Positions 62,699 through 64,000 of a DNA stretch of 64,000 bases are shown piece after piece. The stretch spans positions 1,178,001 through 1,242,000 of the forward strand of contig CP060757.1 in NCBI GenBank assembly GCA_023205875.1, written 5' to 3'. The stretch is from Chloropicon primus. Its lineage: Eukaryota. Position 1 is the first letter of the stretch, and each line of letters opens with the position of its first letter. The translations under genes were made by a program, and so were the position numbers. The notes beneath the pieces were generated by a model. The model was given only the letters and a program-made list of their open reading frames with translations, did not search any database and had not been told where the DNA came from.

Positions 62699-64000
62699 TC
62701 ACTTGTGTTTCTTCTTCGAGCCGCCCACCTCGCTCTTGTCCGTGAAGTTGTGCCAACGAACCACGTGGCCGTCCCAGCCCACGGAGGCCAGCATGGGCCG
62801 ATGGGGGTGCCAGTCGCAATCCCTGAGGACGGACTTGTGGTGCTCGAGGACGCCCGCAGTGCCGCCGGTCAGGGTGTCGAAAACGAACAAGCCCCCGCAC
62901 TGGGAGCCGCTGATGACGTACCTCTGGCCCGTCGTCTCCGCGGGGGACCACCTGCACCGGATCAGGGTCTGCACGACCTTGTGGCCCGTGAAGGTCATCA
63001 CGGACCTGTCGCCGGGGTGCTTGACGGTCTCCACGTCGCCGGGGTAGTCCTGCCACCGGTAGTCCCACTCGAACTTGGAGACCCTCCCCTTGCTCCCCTT
63101 GGAATCGGGGCTTCCCATCAGCCTGAGGTCCCACACCTTGAGCTTCTGGTCCTTGGCGTTGGATACGAAGTACCTGCCGTCCTTCCTCGGGGAGATGTAG
63201 GTCACGCCCTCGGTGTGGCCCTGGAGCACCCCCTGAGGCCTGCTGAGCCCGGGGCCGCCCGGGGCCCCGCACCGCTTGTCCCAGCACTTGATCATGGCGT
63301 CGTCGCTGCCCGAGAGGAACACCTGGTCGTCCTGGCCCGCGAAGCACACCGTGTTCACGTCGTCGAGGTGCGACGTGGCTCCGAAAACCAGCTCCTGGGC
63401 CTCGACGTCGTACAGGTACGTCATGCAGTCGCTGCTTCCGGCGAGGAGGTGCTTGCCGTCGCTGCTGAACTCCAGCGCCCAGATGCCGAACGCGGCCTCC
63501 GTGTTGCTCCCCCCGAAATTCAGGGCGGCGTGGGCGTCCGGGCTCGCCCCCGAGTTCTCGGCCCCCGAGTCCTCGCCCCACTCGTACTTGACCGCGTGGA
63601 CCACCGGGGAGATGGTGGAGTACGCCAGGATCGGCTCCTGGGGGCTCAAGACCGTGTCCGTGACCGTCCAGTTGATGTCCCTGGGCACGACCTCCTTCCT
63701 CAGCTTCCAGGGCTGCTGGTGCGCCCGGTCCGCCACCTCGTACAGCCTTATCGCCTCGTTCTGGAACCCCGCCACGAAGACGCTCCCGTCGTCCGAGAAG
63801 TGCCCGCTGTACGCCCTCGAGATCCCCACGTCCATCAGCTCCGGCTCGCCCTGAGGCAGGACCTCCGACAGGATCCTCGCCCGCTTCAATCGAGACAGCT
63901 GACCCTTTGCCTCCCTCGCCCTGATCAGGCTGGCGACGTCCCGCGGAGACGCGCTCGGGGACTGCACCAGCCCCCTCAGGTGACTCAGGGACTCCGAAAG
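62699..64000 (-). CDS. DCAF11: DCAF11/WDR23 (LEC14B-like) WD40 protein; 5' end lies outside the window
   Basis: WTVTDT, HLDDVNTVCFA, SGSDD, GHTEGVT, SNAKDQ, WDYRW, GHKVVQTLIRC, TGQRY. Confidence 0.88.
   Translation of the reverse strand, partial: LSESLSHLRGLVQSPSASPRDVASLIRAREAKGQLSRLKRARILSEVLPQGEPELMDVGISRAYSGHFSDDGSVFVAGFQNEAIRLYEVADRAHQQPWKLRKEVVPRDINWTVTDTVLSPQEPILAYSTISPVVHAVKYEWGEDSGAENSGASPDAHAALNFGGSNTEAAFGIWALEFSSDGKHLLAGSSDCMTYLYDVEAQELVFGATSHLDDVNTVCFAGQDDQVFLSGSDDAMIKCWDKRCGAPGGPGLSRPQGVLQGHTEGVTYISPRKDGRYFVSNAKDQKLKVWDLRLMGSPDSKGSKGRVSKFEWDYRWQDYPGDVETVKHPGDRSVMTFTGHKVVQTLIRCRWSPAETTGQRYVISGSQCGGLFVFDTLTGGTAGVLEHHKSVLRDCDWHPHRPMLASVGWDGHVVRWHNFTDKSEVGGSKKKHK

Overview
Gene-dense eukaryotic nuclear DNA with high GC at third codon positions, few short GT-AG introns and many microsatellites. 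It carries green-lineage genes (RETICULATA-related, AKR2, serine decarboxylase, LIG6, OPR-like, NSI-like GNAT) and a tRNA-Sec, which fits a compact picoplanktonic green alga (Chloropicon-like; inferred). About 30 protein genes are readable, mostly housekeeping. The most unusual elements are five. (1) A Fanzor2/IS607-TnpB-like RNA-guided nuclease gene (13561-15574, minus) split by a +1 frameshift, followed by a structured 3' region that looks like an omegaRNA. (2) A tRNA-Sec (5458-5543) followed closely by a ~560-nt, end-paired, poly-T-terminated non-coding RNA containing CCUAAACCUAA, a telomerase RNA candidate. (3) An intronless AP2-like plus tandem PD-(D/E)XK homing-endonuclease-like gene (58712-59854). 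(4) A structured box C/D-like RNA candidate between Gemin2 and glucokinase. (5) Mosaic surface/glycan proteins: a FAS1-EGF-GT29 tandem pair showing gene conversion, and an expansin-FAS1-ShK protein. All calls are by eye from motifs and base pairing; no searches were run.
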